Assembly (NCBI GenBank): GCA_963675595.2
Contig: CAXXLZ010000002.1
Coordinates: 2,912,001-2,976,000, forward strand
Direction: 5' to 3'
DNA: 64,000 nt
Source: Thermodesulfobacteriota bacterium
GTDB lineage: Bacteria; Desulfobacterota; Desulfarculia; JACQYL01
Part shown: positions 1-9,865 of the stretch, piece after piece
Layout: every line of letters starts with the position of its first letter
Position numbering within the stretch: position 1 is the first letter of the stretch
Made by a program: the position numbers and the translations under genes
The notes under the pieces: model-generated
The model's input: the letters and a program-made list of their open reading frames with translations, nothing else
Told to the model about the DNA's origin: nothing
Database searches by the model: none

Positions 1-1479
1 CGGCGTCAGCGTGAGAGCCACGAATCCCGAAAGCGCCACGGAGATTACAATGGTAATGGCGAATTGTTTGTACAGTTGCCCCGTGGTTCCCGGAAGAAAA
101 GCCGCAGGGATGAACACCGACGCCATCACCAGGACTACAGCGATGAGAGAAGCGCCGATCTCCTCCATGGCCTTGATGGTCGCCTCCCTTGGAGGGAGGT
201 GGTGCATCGTCATGTTCCGCTCCACGTTTTCCACCACAACGATGGCGTCGTCCACCACCATGCCGATGGCCAGCACAATTCCAAAGAGCGTGAGCAGATT
301 GATGGAAAAACCCAGAGCCAGCATCCCGGGAAACGTGCCGATGAGGGCCACGAAAATGGCCGCGGCGCAGATGATGGTGGCGCGAAAACTCTGGAGAAAG
401 AGATAGACGACCAGCACCACCAGCAGAATCGCTTCAAAGAGCGTGTGGATCACCTCTTCGATGGAAAGTCGTACGAAATCCGTGGTGTCCAGGGCGATCA
501 CGCAGTCGATGCCCGACGGCATCGTGCGCTTCAGGTCGTCCAGGGTCTTGCGGACGGCCTTGGAGACGTCGAGCCCATTGGCGCCCGGCTGCTGATAGAT
601 GGCTATGAATGCCGCAGGCTTGCCGTTCAGCCGGTTGTCGTCGATATAGAGCCGCCTACCGACTTCCGCCCGCGCTACGTCTCCGACTCGGACGATGGCA
701 CCGCCATCCGGATTTGCACGCAGAATGATGTTCTCGTATTCGGAAGGAGTCACAAACGGGGCCTGAGTCACAATCGGGAACGTCAACTGCACTCGGTCGT
801 CGTTCGGTTGTTGCCCGATTTGACCGGCTCCGAAAAGGGCGTTTTGTTTGGCGACGGCATTCTTGATGTCGGTCGTCGTAATTCCGAGAGAAGCCATGCG
901 ATCGGGATTCATCCAAATACGCATCGCTTGATCCGGCATGCCGAAAATCTGAGCCTGGCCTGCGCCGTTCACCCGTTTGACGGCGTCCAGAAGGTAAACG
1001 TTGGCATAATTGGCGACATACTCCGGGCTGTAACGTTCCTGCGTGTCGGTTACCGCAATGATCATCAGCATGCTGGACGACTTCTTCTGCACCGAGACAC
1101 CGTAATTCGCCACCATGTCGGGAAGCTGGGGCATGGCCAGGTTCACCCGGTTCTGAACCTGGACCTGCGCGACGTCGGGGTCCGTATCCAGGGCAAAGTA
1201 CACGGTGATGGTCATCTGGCCGGTGTTCGAGCTTGTCGAGGTCATGTAGAGCATGTTCTCGACCCCATTGATCTGGGCCTCGATGGGCGCCGCCACCGAG
1301 TCGCCCACCGTCTTCGAGTCGGCGCCGGGATACGTGGTCGTCACCTGGATTTGAACAGGCGTAATGGTCGGGTACTGGGAGACGGGCAATGCGTTCATGG
1401 CCACGAGGCCGGCGATCACGACAATGAGCGAAGCCACCGTGGAAAAAATGGGCCGTTCAATGAAAAATCTGGAAAACAT
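1..1479 (-). CDS. RND efflux transporter permease subunit (AcrB/HAE1 family), 3' part outside the window
   Basis: Not in the ORF track because it is open-ended. The reverse complement from ATG 1479 reads MFSRFFIERPIFSTVASLIVVIAGLVAMNALPVSQYPTITPVQIQVTTTYPGADSKTVGDSVAAPIEAQINGVENMLYM, a typical AcrB N-terminus. Confidence 0.95.
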   Translation of the reverse strand, partial: MFSRFFIERPIFSTVASLIVVIAGLVAMNALPVSQYPTITPVQIQVTTTYPGADSKTVGDSVAAPIEAQINGVENMLYMTSTSSNTGQMTITVYFALDTDPDVAQVQVQNRVNLAMPQLPDMVANYGVSVQKKSSSMLMIIAVTDTQERYSPEYVANYANVYLLDAVKRVNGAGQAQIFGMPDQAMRIWMNPDRMASLGITTTDIKNAVAKQNALFGAGQIGQQPNDDRVQLTFPIVTQAPFVTPSEYENIILRANPDGGAIVRVGDVARAEVGRRLYIDDNRLNGKPAAFIAIYQQPGANGLDVSKAVRKTLDDLKRTMPSGIDCVIALDTTDFVRLSIEEVIHTLFEAILLVVLVVYLFLQSFRATIICAAAIFVALIGTFPGMLALGFSINLLTLFGIVLAIGMVVDDAIVVVENVERNMTMHHLPPREATIKAMEEIGASLIAVVLVMASVFIPAAFLPGTTGQLYKQFAITIVISVALSGFVALTLTP

Positions 1480-1496
1480 GCCGCTGTCTCCCGCGG

Positions 1497-2744
1497 TTAT
1501 CGGCCGCTTGTCTCCGGAGCGGGTCCCTGGGGAGAGGTCCCGGCCGCCCCGTTCTTTCCGGCCATAGGGTGAACCTTTACCGGCATGCCTGGATGAAGAC
1601 CGAGGACGCCTTCAACCGCAACCCGATCACCTGCTCGGAGCCCCTCGTAAATGAACCAGTCGGTGTCTTGCCATTCGCCCACAACCACGGGGCGCATTTC
1701 CGCTTTGTCTTCCTTGTCCACCACCCAGACGAAATGTCCCTTGGACGACTGCATGACCGCTCGTTGAGGAACCAGGATCGCATGGGGCCGAACCGCACCC
1801 TTGATACGGACATGCGCGTATTGGTTCGGGCGAAGCAAACCGTCGGGATTCTCAACGGTAGCACGGACAAGGAACGTACCCGTATCGGGATCGAAGGAGG
1901 GGTCGGCGAAAGTGACCTTGCCGGTGTGCGGGTAGATCGATCCATCCGCAAGAACAACCTCGACGACATAGTTTCCGTCATCGGGTTCGATGAGCAGGTT
2001 GTCGGCAATCTGTTTACGAAATCGCAGCCGGTCGTTTTCGGAAATACTGAAATTGACGTAAACCGGCGAGATAACCGCCACTGTGGTCAGTTCACTGTTG
2101 GCGGGATTCAAGTAGGTCCCGTCCGCCTGCTCCGCGGCGCCGGCAATGCCGGTCACCGGTGTCGTGATGACGGTATAGGACAGGTTGAGTTGTGCCTGTT
2201 CGACCGCCGCCTTGGCCTGCTCAACCGCGGCCGCCGTAGATTGGAACCGGCCTACGGCATCGTCCAGGTCTTTCGCGGAAAGCGCGTTTGCCGCCGCGAG
2301 CGGCTTCACACGCTCCAAATTTTGACGAGCCACATCGAAAGCCGCCCGCTCACGGGCCAGGGCCGCCGATGCGCGATCCAATTGCGCTCTCAGGGGCTTC
2401 TGATCCATTAGAAAGAGCGTTTCGCCCTCCTTGACCAAGGAGCCCTCGGTATAAACCCGTTTTTCCAAAAACCCGCTGACCCGCGAATGGATGTTCACCT
2501 GCCTCGAACTCCGGACCTGAGCAACAAATTCGAAAGTGACCGGCACCTCTTTGGGTTCCACGAAAATGACGGCAAGGTCCGGCTGTCGCTGTCCCGATTG
2601 GAGGTCGGAGCCGTCGTGCCGGTTGCACCCAAAGAGTCCCAAGAGGAGAACCAATGCAGAGAATACGTGAACAACCATCTTCGGGATAAGGCCCCCGGGC
2701 CGTGACCATTTATTGGGAGAATCTTTGTCGCATGCCAAAATCAC
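1497..2744 (-). CDS. RND efflux periplasmic adaptor (membrane fusion) lipoprotein
   Basis: Lipobox LFGC, hairpin segment AAVEQAKAAVEQAQLNLSYTVITTPVTG, NPDGLLRP and LVPQRAV motifs; lies directly upstream of the permease. The true start may be slightly downstream. Confidence 0.93.
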   Translation of the reverse strand: MILACDKDSPNKWSRPGGLIPKMVVHVFSALVLLLGLFGCNRHDGSDLQSGQRQPDLAVIFVEPKEVPVTFEFVAQVRSSRQVNIHSRVSGFLEKRVYTEGSLVKEGETLFLMDQKPLRAQLDRASAALARERAAFDVARQNLERVKPLAAANALSAKDLDDAVGRFQSTAAAVEQAKAAVEQAQLNLSYTVITTPVTGIAGAAEQADGTYLNPANSELTTVAVISPVYVNFSISENDRLRFRKQIADNLLIEPDDGNYVVEVVLADGSIYPHTGKVTFADPSFDPDTGTFLVRATVENPDGLLRPNQYAHVRIKGAVRPHAILVPQRAVMQSSKGHFVWVVDKEDKAEMRPVVVGEWQDTDWFIYEGLRAGDRVAVEGVLGLHPGMPVKVHPMAGKNGAAGTSPQGPAPETSGR

Positions 2745-2852
2745 GCCTCCTGAATGCTTAACGCCGAACGGCCGCGGGTTTCTTCTCCTTGGATGAGGAG
2801 TCCGAAAGGATCGGGCTCCCCGGCAAAACCGGGGATAGGCACCGGCGCCCTT

Positions 2853-4136
2853 CTATGAACCCCGAGACCCGTCCGTCGCCGTCATGATTTTGCTCACGGG
2901 AATTCCTTGGCGGATCAAGCCCACCATGCGTCTCATGTAAGGATCAACGTGTCGATGGAATCTCTTGAAACCGGGGCAGAGATAGTTTAGTCCCGGTTCC
3001 CCGTGGGGAGATTTGACAAATCGCTGTTTCGGGCACCCTCCTCGGCACGCGAAGAGGTACTCGCACCCGCGGCAATATGCGGGAAGAGCGGTTTTTTTTG
3101 ATGCGCCGAAGTCCCTCTGACTTTTCGACTCGACCATGCCTGCCAACCCGCCATCGAGGATGTTGCCGAGACGGTATGCAGGGTACATGTAGTGGTCGCA
3201 GGAAAAGACATCACCGTTGTATTCCAGGATGAGGTTCCTCCCGCAGCGGGGGGAGAGCCGGCACACCCCCGGTCCCACACCGGCCCAGGTCCCCACGCTC
3301 CATTCAAAATTCATCACGAAGATCTTGCCGACATCGTTCTTGATCCACTCATCGAAGACCTGATTGAGAAACTCACCGTACGGCTCCGGTTCCACGCTCC
3401 AGGGCGTGACCGAAGTCGATTGCGCTTCACTTGTGAGCGAAGGCGGGACCGAAAGCCGGAGTCCCAGCTCTCCCGCTTCGGCATCGGCCTCTCTTTCAAC
3501 GATGGGAATAAACTGGATGAACCGAACGCCCTGTTCCTTGAAAAAGCGATACACCTCAATGGGGTGCTTCGAACCCTCGCGGCCTACAGAGGCAAGAATG
3601 TTTACCTCAACTCCGTAATCCTGCATCAACCGCAGCGAATGAAGGACCCGGTCGAAGCTTGGCTCTCCATTCACATCCACACGGCACGCGTTGTGAACCG
3701 CCTTGGGCCCGTCAAGGCTCAGGCCGACCAGAAAATTTTCCTTTGCGAGGAAATCGCACCAAGCTTGGTCCAACATCGTGCCATTGGTCTGGAACGAATT
3801 GGTAATCCGTTTTCCCGCACCGTATTTTCTCTGAAAGTCCAGGGCTCGCCGAAAAAACTCCATCCCCGCCAGAGAAGGCTCTCCTCCCTGCCACTCGAAT
3901 ACGACGGATATTCCGGGTTGCGATTCGATGTATTCCCGCGTGTAGGCTTCGAGAACCTCGTCGGACATGCGCATTGTCCCGTTTTCAGGGAAGAAGACTC
4001 CTTTCTCCCGGTAGAAACAATATTCGCAGCGGAGATTACAGCTCGGCCCCGCAGGTTTGGCCATGAGGTGAAAGCCCTGCCGAATAGGACGATGCGCCAC
4101 GGAGAATTCCCGGGTTGCTTTTCTATGATGAGGCAT
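2853..4136 (-). CDS. Anaerobic sulfatase-maturating enzyme (radical SAM/SPASM)
   Basis: MAKPAGPSCNLRCEYCFY (CxxxCxxC), WQGGEP, SLDGP and SPASM cysteines (SCDHY...CRGC...CRGGCPK...LNYLC); adjacent to a sulfatase. Confidence 0.93.
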   Translation of the reverse strand: MPHHRKATREFSVAHRPIRQGFHLMAKPAGPSCNLRCEYCFYREKGVFFPENGTMRMSDEVLEAYTREYIESQPGISVVFEWQGGEPSLAGMEFFRRALDFQRKYGAGKRITNSFQTNGTMLDQAWCDFLAKENFLVGLSLDGPKAVHNACRVDVNGEPSFDRVLHSLRLMQDYGVEVNILASVGREGSKHPIEVYRFFKEQGVRFIQFIPIVEREADAEAGELGLRLSVPPSLTSEAQSTSVTPWSVEPEPYGEFLNQVFDEWIKNDVGKIFVMNFEWSVGTWAGVGPGVCRLSPRCGRNLILEYNGDVFSCDHYMYPAYRLGNILDGGLAGMVESKSQRDFGASKKTALPAYCRGCEYLFACRGGCPKQRFVKSPHGEPGLNYLCPGFKRFHRHVDPYMRRMVGLIRQGIPVSKIMTATDGSRGS

Positions 4137-4176
4137 ACTGCGAAAAATGATCCCTCTCCGGAGACAATCGGCCCGA

Positions 4177-6093
4177 CTAGCCGAGAGCGGCGGCCTCCTG
4201 TCGAGCCAGCTCCGTTTTCAACTCCGTATGTTTCAGCCTCAGTTCATCCATGGTCATGCCGGGCACGGCCACATCGCTGCGGACTTCTCCCGTCATGAAG
4301 TCAACCAGGTTGATCCGTTCAATGGGGTCCGCCGTCAAACAGTAGAGTTCCCATTGATCGTGTACCTCTCCATTGGGGTCCACATATCGAACGATCTTCC
4401 ACTCCCCGGTGCAGAGAGCCCTCACGTTGTTGGGCTGTGTAATCGTACCCGATTCCACGGAATGCCCGTTGTTCTTCACTTCTTCCACGTAACTCAGAAA
4501 CAGGTTGTGTAGAGCACGTTCGTCGTCGGTCGGATCGGAACCAAGTTCGCTGATCATGTCGTTGCTCATGAACAGAACGCCGGAACGCGGATTTCCGTCC
4601 GGCCCAAGGATATCTCCCGAACGTTCACCTTTCACATAGGGAGAGAGGTTTGCGCCGGCGAACGCACCTACCACGGGTGCACCGTGAGCGGATTCCATTT
4701 TGGGTCGCAACTCCGCCTCATCAATCCCGGCAAGGGCCAAGAGAGTGGGTGCAAGATCGATCGAACTGGTCGGCTCAAGGATTTCCCTCATTTCCTGGTT
4801 GTTCGTGTTAACGAGGGGAGAAGAGATGATCATGGGAACTCGAGTTGCCTCTTCATACGCGTTGTGCCACTTCTGAATCATCCCCCCATGCGACCCCGCC
4901 ATCTCACCGTGATCCGACAGGAAGACGACAATGGTGTTCTCGGTCAGACCGTTATCGTCCAGGGCCTGCAACATCCTGCGGAGTTGAAGATCGGCGAGGT
5001 ACCAACAATACGCATAGAACCGGTTGTAGGCCAACGACCAGGTCGATGCGTCCTCTCCCTGAAGTTGAAACGGGTAGGGAGACGGAAGTCCCTTGGATTC
5101 CAACGACGCCTTCATGATCAAGCCGTACTTGAGAGCGTAATCCTGCTGACAACGCGGCTTGTCGTCGAGGGACTCCCCGAAGGTCGGCGGCAGGGAGCCG
5201 TTGTCTTGCGGGAACCCGTCCGGATTCAGCTCCACCTCCAGCCCCTGGGGATTCGGAAGGCTCATTTCGCCCATATAGGGATTGGGCGGCGGCGGCGGAT
5301 AATTGATCCATGGAACCACGCCCTGGTCATCGGGAAGCTGCCAATTCGCCGGCCAAGCGCTGCAGTCGTGAGGATTGACCAGTGAGCCGACCGCCAGCCA
5401 TGGCCCGTTGGAGCGCTCCTTTCCTTTGTCCGAGAGAAATTGCTCGACATTGTCCACAAAACCGACGTCTCGATACGCTCCCAGGTTATAGGCATTCCCC
5501 GTATGAGCCTCGGGGTATGATTTCTCCCAATCCGAAAAACCCCAGGGTTCGAGGTAATCAGGCTCCTTGGGGTCCGATACGTGCCATTTTCCGAAATAAT
5601 GGGTGCCGTACCCCGCGGCCCGAAACCAATCGCCGATGGTCGGGGTACCTTCCGGGTCGAGCCACGGCACTTCTTCGGCGGATTTGAAAAACCCGTCCGT
5701 TTGGGTGACCCCGGTGGCATAGGAACCGGTCATGATGCACGTCCTGCTGGGCACGCAGGCCGAGGAGGCGGTATAGTGGGTTCTCATGACAACGGCGTTT
5801 TGCCGCAACCGCAAGAAGCCGGGGAAGAAGGAAGTGAAGGGATTGTCGGGAGACAACGGCCGAAAACCGAGTATCTCTTTCAATCCTTGCTCCATTCCTT
5901 CATCGGATGCATACCCCTCCGGAGGAAAACGCAACTGGTCCATCATCAACAACAGGATGTTCGGATTGGCGGTGCCGGCGGTACCGCCTCCGGAGCAACC
6001 GGAGCCGCCGCCCGATCCTAAAGCGCTGCAGAGCAGGGCGCCCGCCACACACTTAGGCGGAAGCGTGAGGAATTTCCTTCGCGTCATGGTCAT
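4177..6093 (-). CDS. Tat-exported Cys-type sulfatase-like hydrolase (probable lipoprotein)
   Basis: TRRKFL twin-arginine signal, PNILLLMMDQ, formylglycine motif CVPSR, YFGKWH and FLSDHG. Confidence 0.9.
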   Translation of the reverse strand: MTMTRRKFLTLPPKCVAGALLCSALGSGGGSGCSGGGTAGTANPNILLLMMDQLRFPPEGYASDEGMEQGLKEILGFRPLSPDNPFTSFFPGFLRLRQNAVVMRTHYTASSACVPSRTCIMTGSYATGVTQTDGFFKSAEEVPWLDPEGTPTIGDWFRAAGYGTHYFGKWHVSDPKEPDYLEPWGFSDWEKSYPEAHTGNAYNLGAYRDVGFVDNVEQFLSDKGKERSNGPWLAVGSLVNPHDCSAWPANWQLPDDQGVVPWINYPPPPPNPYMGEMSLPNPQGLEVELNPDGFPQDNGSLPPTFGESLDDKPRCQQDYALKYGLIMKASLESKGLPSPYPFQLQGEDASTWSLAYNRFYAYCWYLADLQLRRMLQALDDNGLTENTIVVFLSDHGEMAGSHGGMIQKWHNAYEEATRVPMIISSPLVNTNNQEMREILEPTSSIDLAPTLLALAGIDEAELRPKMESAHGAPVVGAFAGANLSPYVKGERSGDILGPDGNPRSGVLFMSNDMISELGSDPTDDERALHNLFLSYVEEVKNNGHSVESGTITQPNNVRALCTGEWKIVRYVDPNGEVHDQWELYCLTADPIERINLVDFMTGEVRSDVAVPGMTMDELRLKHTELKTELARQEAAALG

Positions 6094-6120
6094 TCAAGAG
6101 ACCCCTTCCGTGGTTGCCGG

Positions 6121-7806
6121 TCAGTCGTTGTAAGAAACGCGCAACGGCCCGACGATGGAATTGAAGACCAAGTCTCCGTCCTCCAGATATTGCAGAATGG
6201 CATAGGCGCCGTTTCCAAGATTCAGACGCCCGAACATTGTCTGGTGCACGGTGGAGCCGTTGTCCCAATCAAGACCGGTGACCTCCCAGCCTCTCTCTTC
6301 CGTATAGCCGTTCACCAGCGCCATGTTTTCGGGCTCGCTGTGAATCGGCACCATGCTGGTGGAAGAAACATCGGATCGCGCCCATACGGAAGACCATTCG
6401 TGCGTTGACGGATTCCACTGAAAACGCTCAACGCCGTAAGAAGTGGGATAGGCCGGACCCATGAGCGAAACCTGGAGAATCTTGTTCGCGCTTTGAACTT
6501 CGCTGTTGACGGTTTCCGGAATGTTGTTCACCACAAAGGCCCCGTAGCCGTGCACGACCACCGACTGTTCGGACTGAATCCACTCGGGCGTGGCTGCAAA
6601 GCCGCAGGTCACCTTAATCTGCCCCGCGATGCGCGGCGAGGCCGTATCCGGCTTCTGCACGAATCCGTCGGGGATATCGTCCCGCCAAAACGCCACGAGT
6701 TTCATCTGCTCGGCGCCGTCGGTAATGACCACCAGCTTGTCCGCGTCCCCGGCAAAACCCATGAGCGTCGGAGTGGACCCCGTGCCGTTGCCGACCTTGA
6801 TAATGGGAGGCAACACCTTTGAAGTGTCATAGGGGCTGGACCAAGCACCATCGGCTTCGCTCCCGGACAGCTCGGCGCCGGTCCAGACCAGTTTGTGCAT
6901 GAGTTTGTTGCTCGCCACATAGATGCCGTTGTGTTCATCCACGGAAAGCGAGTTACTGACGTATTCATCGTCGGCAAAGCGGTAAAACGAATTGGAGGCC
7001 GGGTTGAGGTCCCGGTCGATAACCGCCACTCCATTACTGAAGGTGATGATCAGCCGGCCGTCATAGGTCATGGACAGACCGAAAAGCCTGGTTCCGGCAG
7101 GCGGAGCGGGGTCGTCGCCTTGAATGGCGGAAACTACGTTCTCCAGTTTATAGCGGATGGCAATTCCCTCGGAGGGCCGGCCGGGATCGCTCCATGCGAA
7201 GCCGTATAGATTGTTGCCATAGTTGGTGTAGAGCACGTTATCCTTATCCACCACCGAGTAAATCCCATTCCCGAAACGACTGCCGTAATTCTCACCGAAA
7301 AGACTCTTCAGTTGAGCATCCATGGACGCGGCGTCCATTCCCACAGCGGAGGATTCACCAAAGGCACGAAGATTCTCATCCGGAATCGCCCCGAACGTGC
7401 CGCCCGAGGCATCGGCCAGAGCGTCAAATTCGGCTGCCGTGGACCACTCTCCCTCACCCCCGTGCACCACACTCACCCGGTCCGAGCCCACTTCCCACAT
7501 GTAGTCCGTATTGGTGGAGGCAAGAGTAATGATGTTGATCGGACCTCCGTAACAGATGGGTTTCGCATCGGGGTCCACTGCATAAACATTCCGACCAGGT
7601 CCGTAAGGTGTAGAGTCGCTTTGAGCCGAATCGAAATGAGTTATGGCATAGAGCGATGAAGCCAGGTATGGGTTTGGGGTCGCTTTGTTGACCCTGGTCT
7701 CCGAGTCATTAGAACCGCAAGCAACTAATGTTGATAATACGATCATGCATAATGACAGTCGGAAACCCAAAAATGGTATTCGTTCGTGTTCCAATGAGGC
7801 TTTCAT
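6121..7806 (-). CDS. Hypothetical lipoprotein, probably beta-propeller-rich
   Basis: 561-aa ORF with lipobox LVAC and an AGAAGGA RBS-like motif upstream; co-oriented with the sulfatase and 27 bp from it. Confidence 0.75.
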   Translation of the reverse strand: MKASLEHERIPFLGFRLSLCMIVLSTLVACGSNDSETRVNKATPNPYLASSLYAITHFDSAQSDSTPYGPGRNVYAVDPDAKPICYGGPINIITLASTNTDYMWEVGSDRVSVVHGGEGEWSTAAEFDALADASGGTFGAIPDENLRAFGESSAVGMDAASMDAQLKSLFGENYGSRFGNGIYSVVDKDNVLYTNYGNNLYGFAWSDPGRPSEGIAIRYKLENVVSAIQGDDPAPPAGTRLFGLSMTYDGRLIITFSNGVAVIDRDLNPASNSFYRFADDEYVSNSLSVDEHNGIYVASNKLMHKLVWTGAELSGSEADGAWSSPYDTSKVLPPIIKVGNGTGSTPTLMGFAGDADKLVVITDGAEQMKLVAFWRDDIPDGFVQKPDTASPRIAGQIKVTCGFAATPEWIQSEQSVVVHGYGAFVVNNIPETVNSEVQSANKILQVSLMGPAYPTSYGVERFQWNPSTHEWSSVWARSDVSSTSMVPIHSEPENMALVNGYTEERGWEVTGLDWDNGSTVHQTMFGRLNLGNGAYAILQYLEDGDLVFNSIVGPLRVSYND

Positions 7807-7881
7807 TTCATCATCCTTCTTGTTGCATTATTGTCGTCCCTTATAACTATTGGTGCATTGGATTTCCCGTTTAAGACCGGA

Positions 7882-9159
7882 CACTACTGTCCGGTTATAA
7901 CTAGTTGAAATTAAGGATTAATTGTTGCTGATGTGAAGATGTTTGTTTTAGCGTTCCTGGATCAAATAAGCACCATATGTCTCGCCGGTTGAAGAGGTTC
8001 AATTGGAGTAGACGGAGTATTTGAGAGAGACTGTTCCCCAAGCGAGCCAGGAACTTGTAGTAGGCCAGCAGAAGCATGGTGATCAGGGCGATCCAGAGCT
8101 GAGTGAGTACGGCGTTTTTAGTAGTCCCGAAGAAGGTTTTGACCTTAAGGTTCTGTTTGATCCACTTGAAAAACAGTTCGATCTGCCAGCGCTCCCGGTA
8201 GATATCTGCGATGGTTTTGGATGAAAGCCGAAAGATATTGGTTAGATAGACATAATGTTTTTTCGTTTCAAGATCCCGATATCCCACCCGTCGTAGTGGG
8301 ATGGGGCACTCTTTAGCCTTCGTGCCGGTAAGGATGATAGTCTGATCCGAGGTTACTCCTTTGGATTTGAGGACCCTATGACGTTTTACGACCTGGTACT
8401 TGATGTTCTTTTTCATCCGAGTCACGAAGGAGATGTTGTTCTCGTTGAGATCCCGAAACCAAGCGAAATCAACGTATGCGCGATCCATGGCCACGATGGA
8501 GCCCGAAGGCAGCCGAAGCAACTTGGCTACGGTGAGGTCCGCTTTCTTGGCCTCGGAGACTTGTACGAAAGCGGGAATGTACCCATCGTGGTCCAAGAGC
8601 GTATGTAGTTTGATGCCGCCCTTGGTGGTCCGAAACTTGGCCCAATCAAACAGCGACAGGCATAAATCCACCACCGATGCGTCCAGGGAGTACAGCTTGT
8701 TCTTGAAGCGAAATCGCTTCCTCGGGGCTACGGACGCGCACTTTTTGTACTGATGATGGAAAACGGCTTCGAAAAATCCGGCGTCACGGCTGCTGTTCGC
8801 GTCCGCGAGAGTGGAACGCTTCACCGTACGCGCACCCAAATGATAAAGCCTTCTCGACTGAAACCTGAATTGATTCACGATATCCCGAAGGCCACATCTT
8901 GTGGTGATTTGAGCAAACATCATCACAACAAACTGTTCCCAGCGGTCAAGCGTTCGATACTTTCGTATAGGCCGATAACCTTGGTTCTCAATGCGTCGAA
9001 AATCATGTCTATCAACCAGTTGAAGCAGCTGACCGAATATAGTATTAACATGTGCCATGGCCTGATTCTCCTTTCGCTTCAATTAGTTACAGGCAAAACT
9101 AATATAGCACGAAAGGGCTGTTTCAGGCCTATTTTTGTTCGCTTAACCGGACAGTTGTG
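7882..9159 (-). mobile_element. IS4-family insertion sequence (1278 bp)
   Basis: Terminal inverted repeats CACTACTGTCCGGTTA / TAACCGGACAGTTGTG match at 15/16; 9-bp target duplication AAGACCGGA at 7873-7881 and 9160-9168. Confidence 0.93.
7901..9082 (-). CDS. IS4-family DDE transposase (DUF4372-type N-terminus)
   Basis: SLDASVV, GGIKLH, MDRAY and YRERWQIELFFKWIKQNL (IS4 Y-2-R-3-E-6-K signature). Confidence 0.95.
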   Translation of the reverse strand: MKRKENQAMAHVNTIFGQLLQLVDRHDFRRIENQGYRPIRKYRTLDRWEQFVVMMFAQITTRCGLRDIVNQFRFQSRRLYHLGARTVKRSTLADANSSRDAGFFEAVFHHQYKKCASVAPRKRFRFKNKLYSLDASVVDLCLSLFDWAKFRTTKGGIKLHTLLDHDGYIPAFVQVSEAKKADLTVAKLLRLPSGSIVAMDRAYVDFAWFRDLNENNISFVTRMKKNIKYQVVKRHRVLKSKGVTSDQTIILTGTKAKECPIPLRRVGYRDLETKKHYVYLTNIFRLSSKTIADIYRERWQIELFFKWIKQNLKVKTFFGTTKNAVLTQLWIALITMLLLAYYKFLARLGNSLSQILRLLQLNLFNRRDIWCLFDPGTLKQTSSHQQQLILNFN

Positions 9160-9266
9160 AAGACCGGATCCCCTTTTCAAGGCGTGACCACCGAATCAAG
9201 AAGCTATGACAAGGGATGAAACAAAATTCGCCTCAGACGGACTGGACGCATATTTTCACAGGCCGG

Positions 9267-9602
9267 TTAAGCACCGCCGGCCTCAATCACCTGAATCAAG
9301 TCATCTTCCGTCAGGAGTCGAGAATGCTCACCGGAAAGGACCAGCATCTTATGGCTCGCCAAGTCGACTCCAATCAGCAGCATCGTGGGATGCTTTCGCA
9401 GCAGCGGCACGGCGAACGAGGGCTCGGCTCCGGCAAGGTCAAACAGGATCGCATCGGGAGGAAGGGCGTCCAGCGCCTCAATGAGCTCCGAAAGTGATCC
9501 CCCTATCTCCAGCACCTGAAACTCCGGCTTCCGCTTCAGGCTTGCGCCTATGGCGGACATGACCACATTGTGCCCATAGAGCGCCACCCGCCGCGTCCTC
9601 AT
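9267..9602 (-). CDS. Small stand-alone atypical receiver-like protein
   Basis: 111 aa with a CheY-like alpha/beta pattern (PPDAILFDL) and a GAGG RBS-like motif upstream; follows the NarL regulator. Confidence 0.6.
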   Translation of the reverse strand: MRTRRVALYGHNVVMSAIGASLKRKPEFQVLEIGGSLSELIEALDALPPDAILFDLAGAEPSFAVPLLRKHPTMLLIGVDLASHKMLVLSGEHSRLLTEDDLIQVIEAGGA

Positions 9603-9865
9603 TTGCTCTCACCTCCGAGATTCTCGAGCGCAAGATACCGAGTTCATTATCAGCTTACGATGGAACGCTCGTGAACGGAATATCTCCAAGGGAGTGTTTT
9701 GGTTTAGTCGGCGGGAGAAAAAAGTAGAGTCGCCTTGCCGTCCCGCGACTCTTCTTTTGGCTATACTTTTATTGGGGATTGGCGCCTAAGGACGAAAAAG
9801 GATGGACGACACGGAATGCAGGGTTCTTTCTTCCTGATGGATTTCACGCTTGGACCGCGCTACCG

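Noticed and set aside
64-2411. Long + strand ORFs (64-1572, 1569-2411) and similar antisense ORFs elsewhere (e.g. 56523-57947, 15560-17071)
   Set aside because: They are shadows or alternate frames of well-supported genes in GC-rich DNA and show no recognisable motifs.
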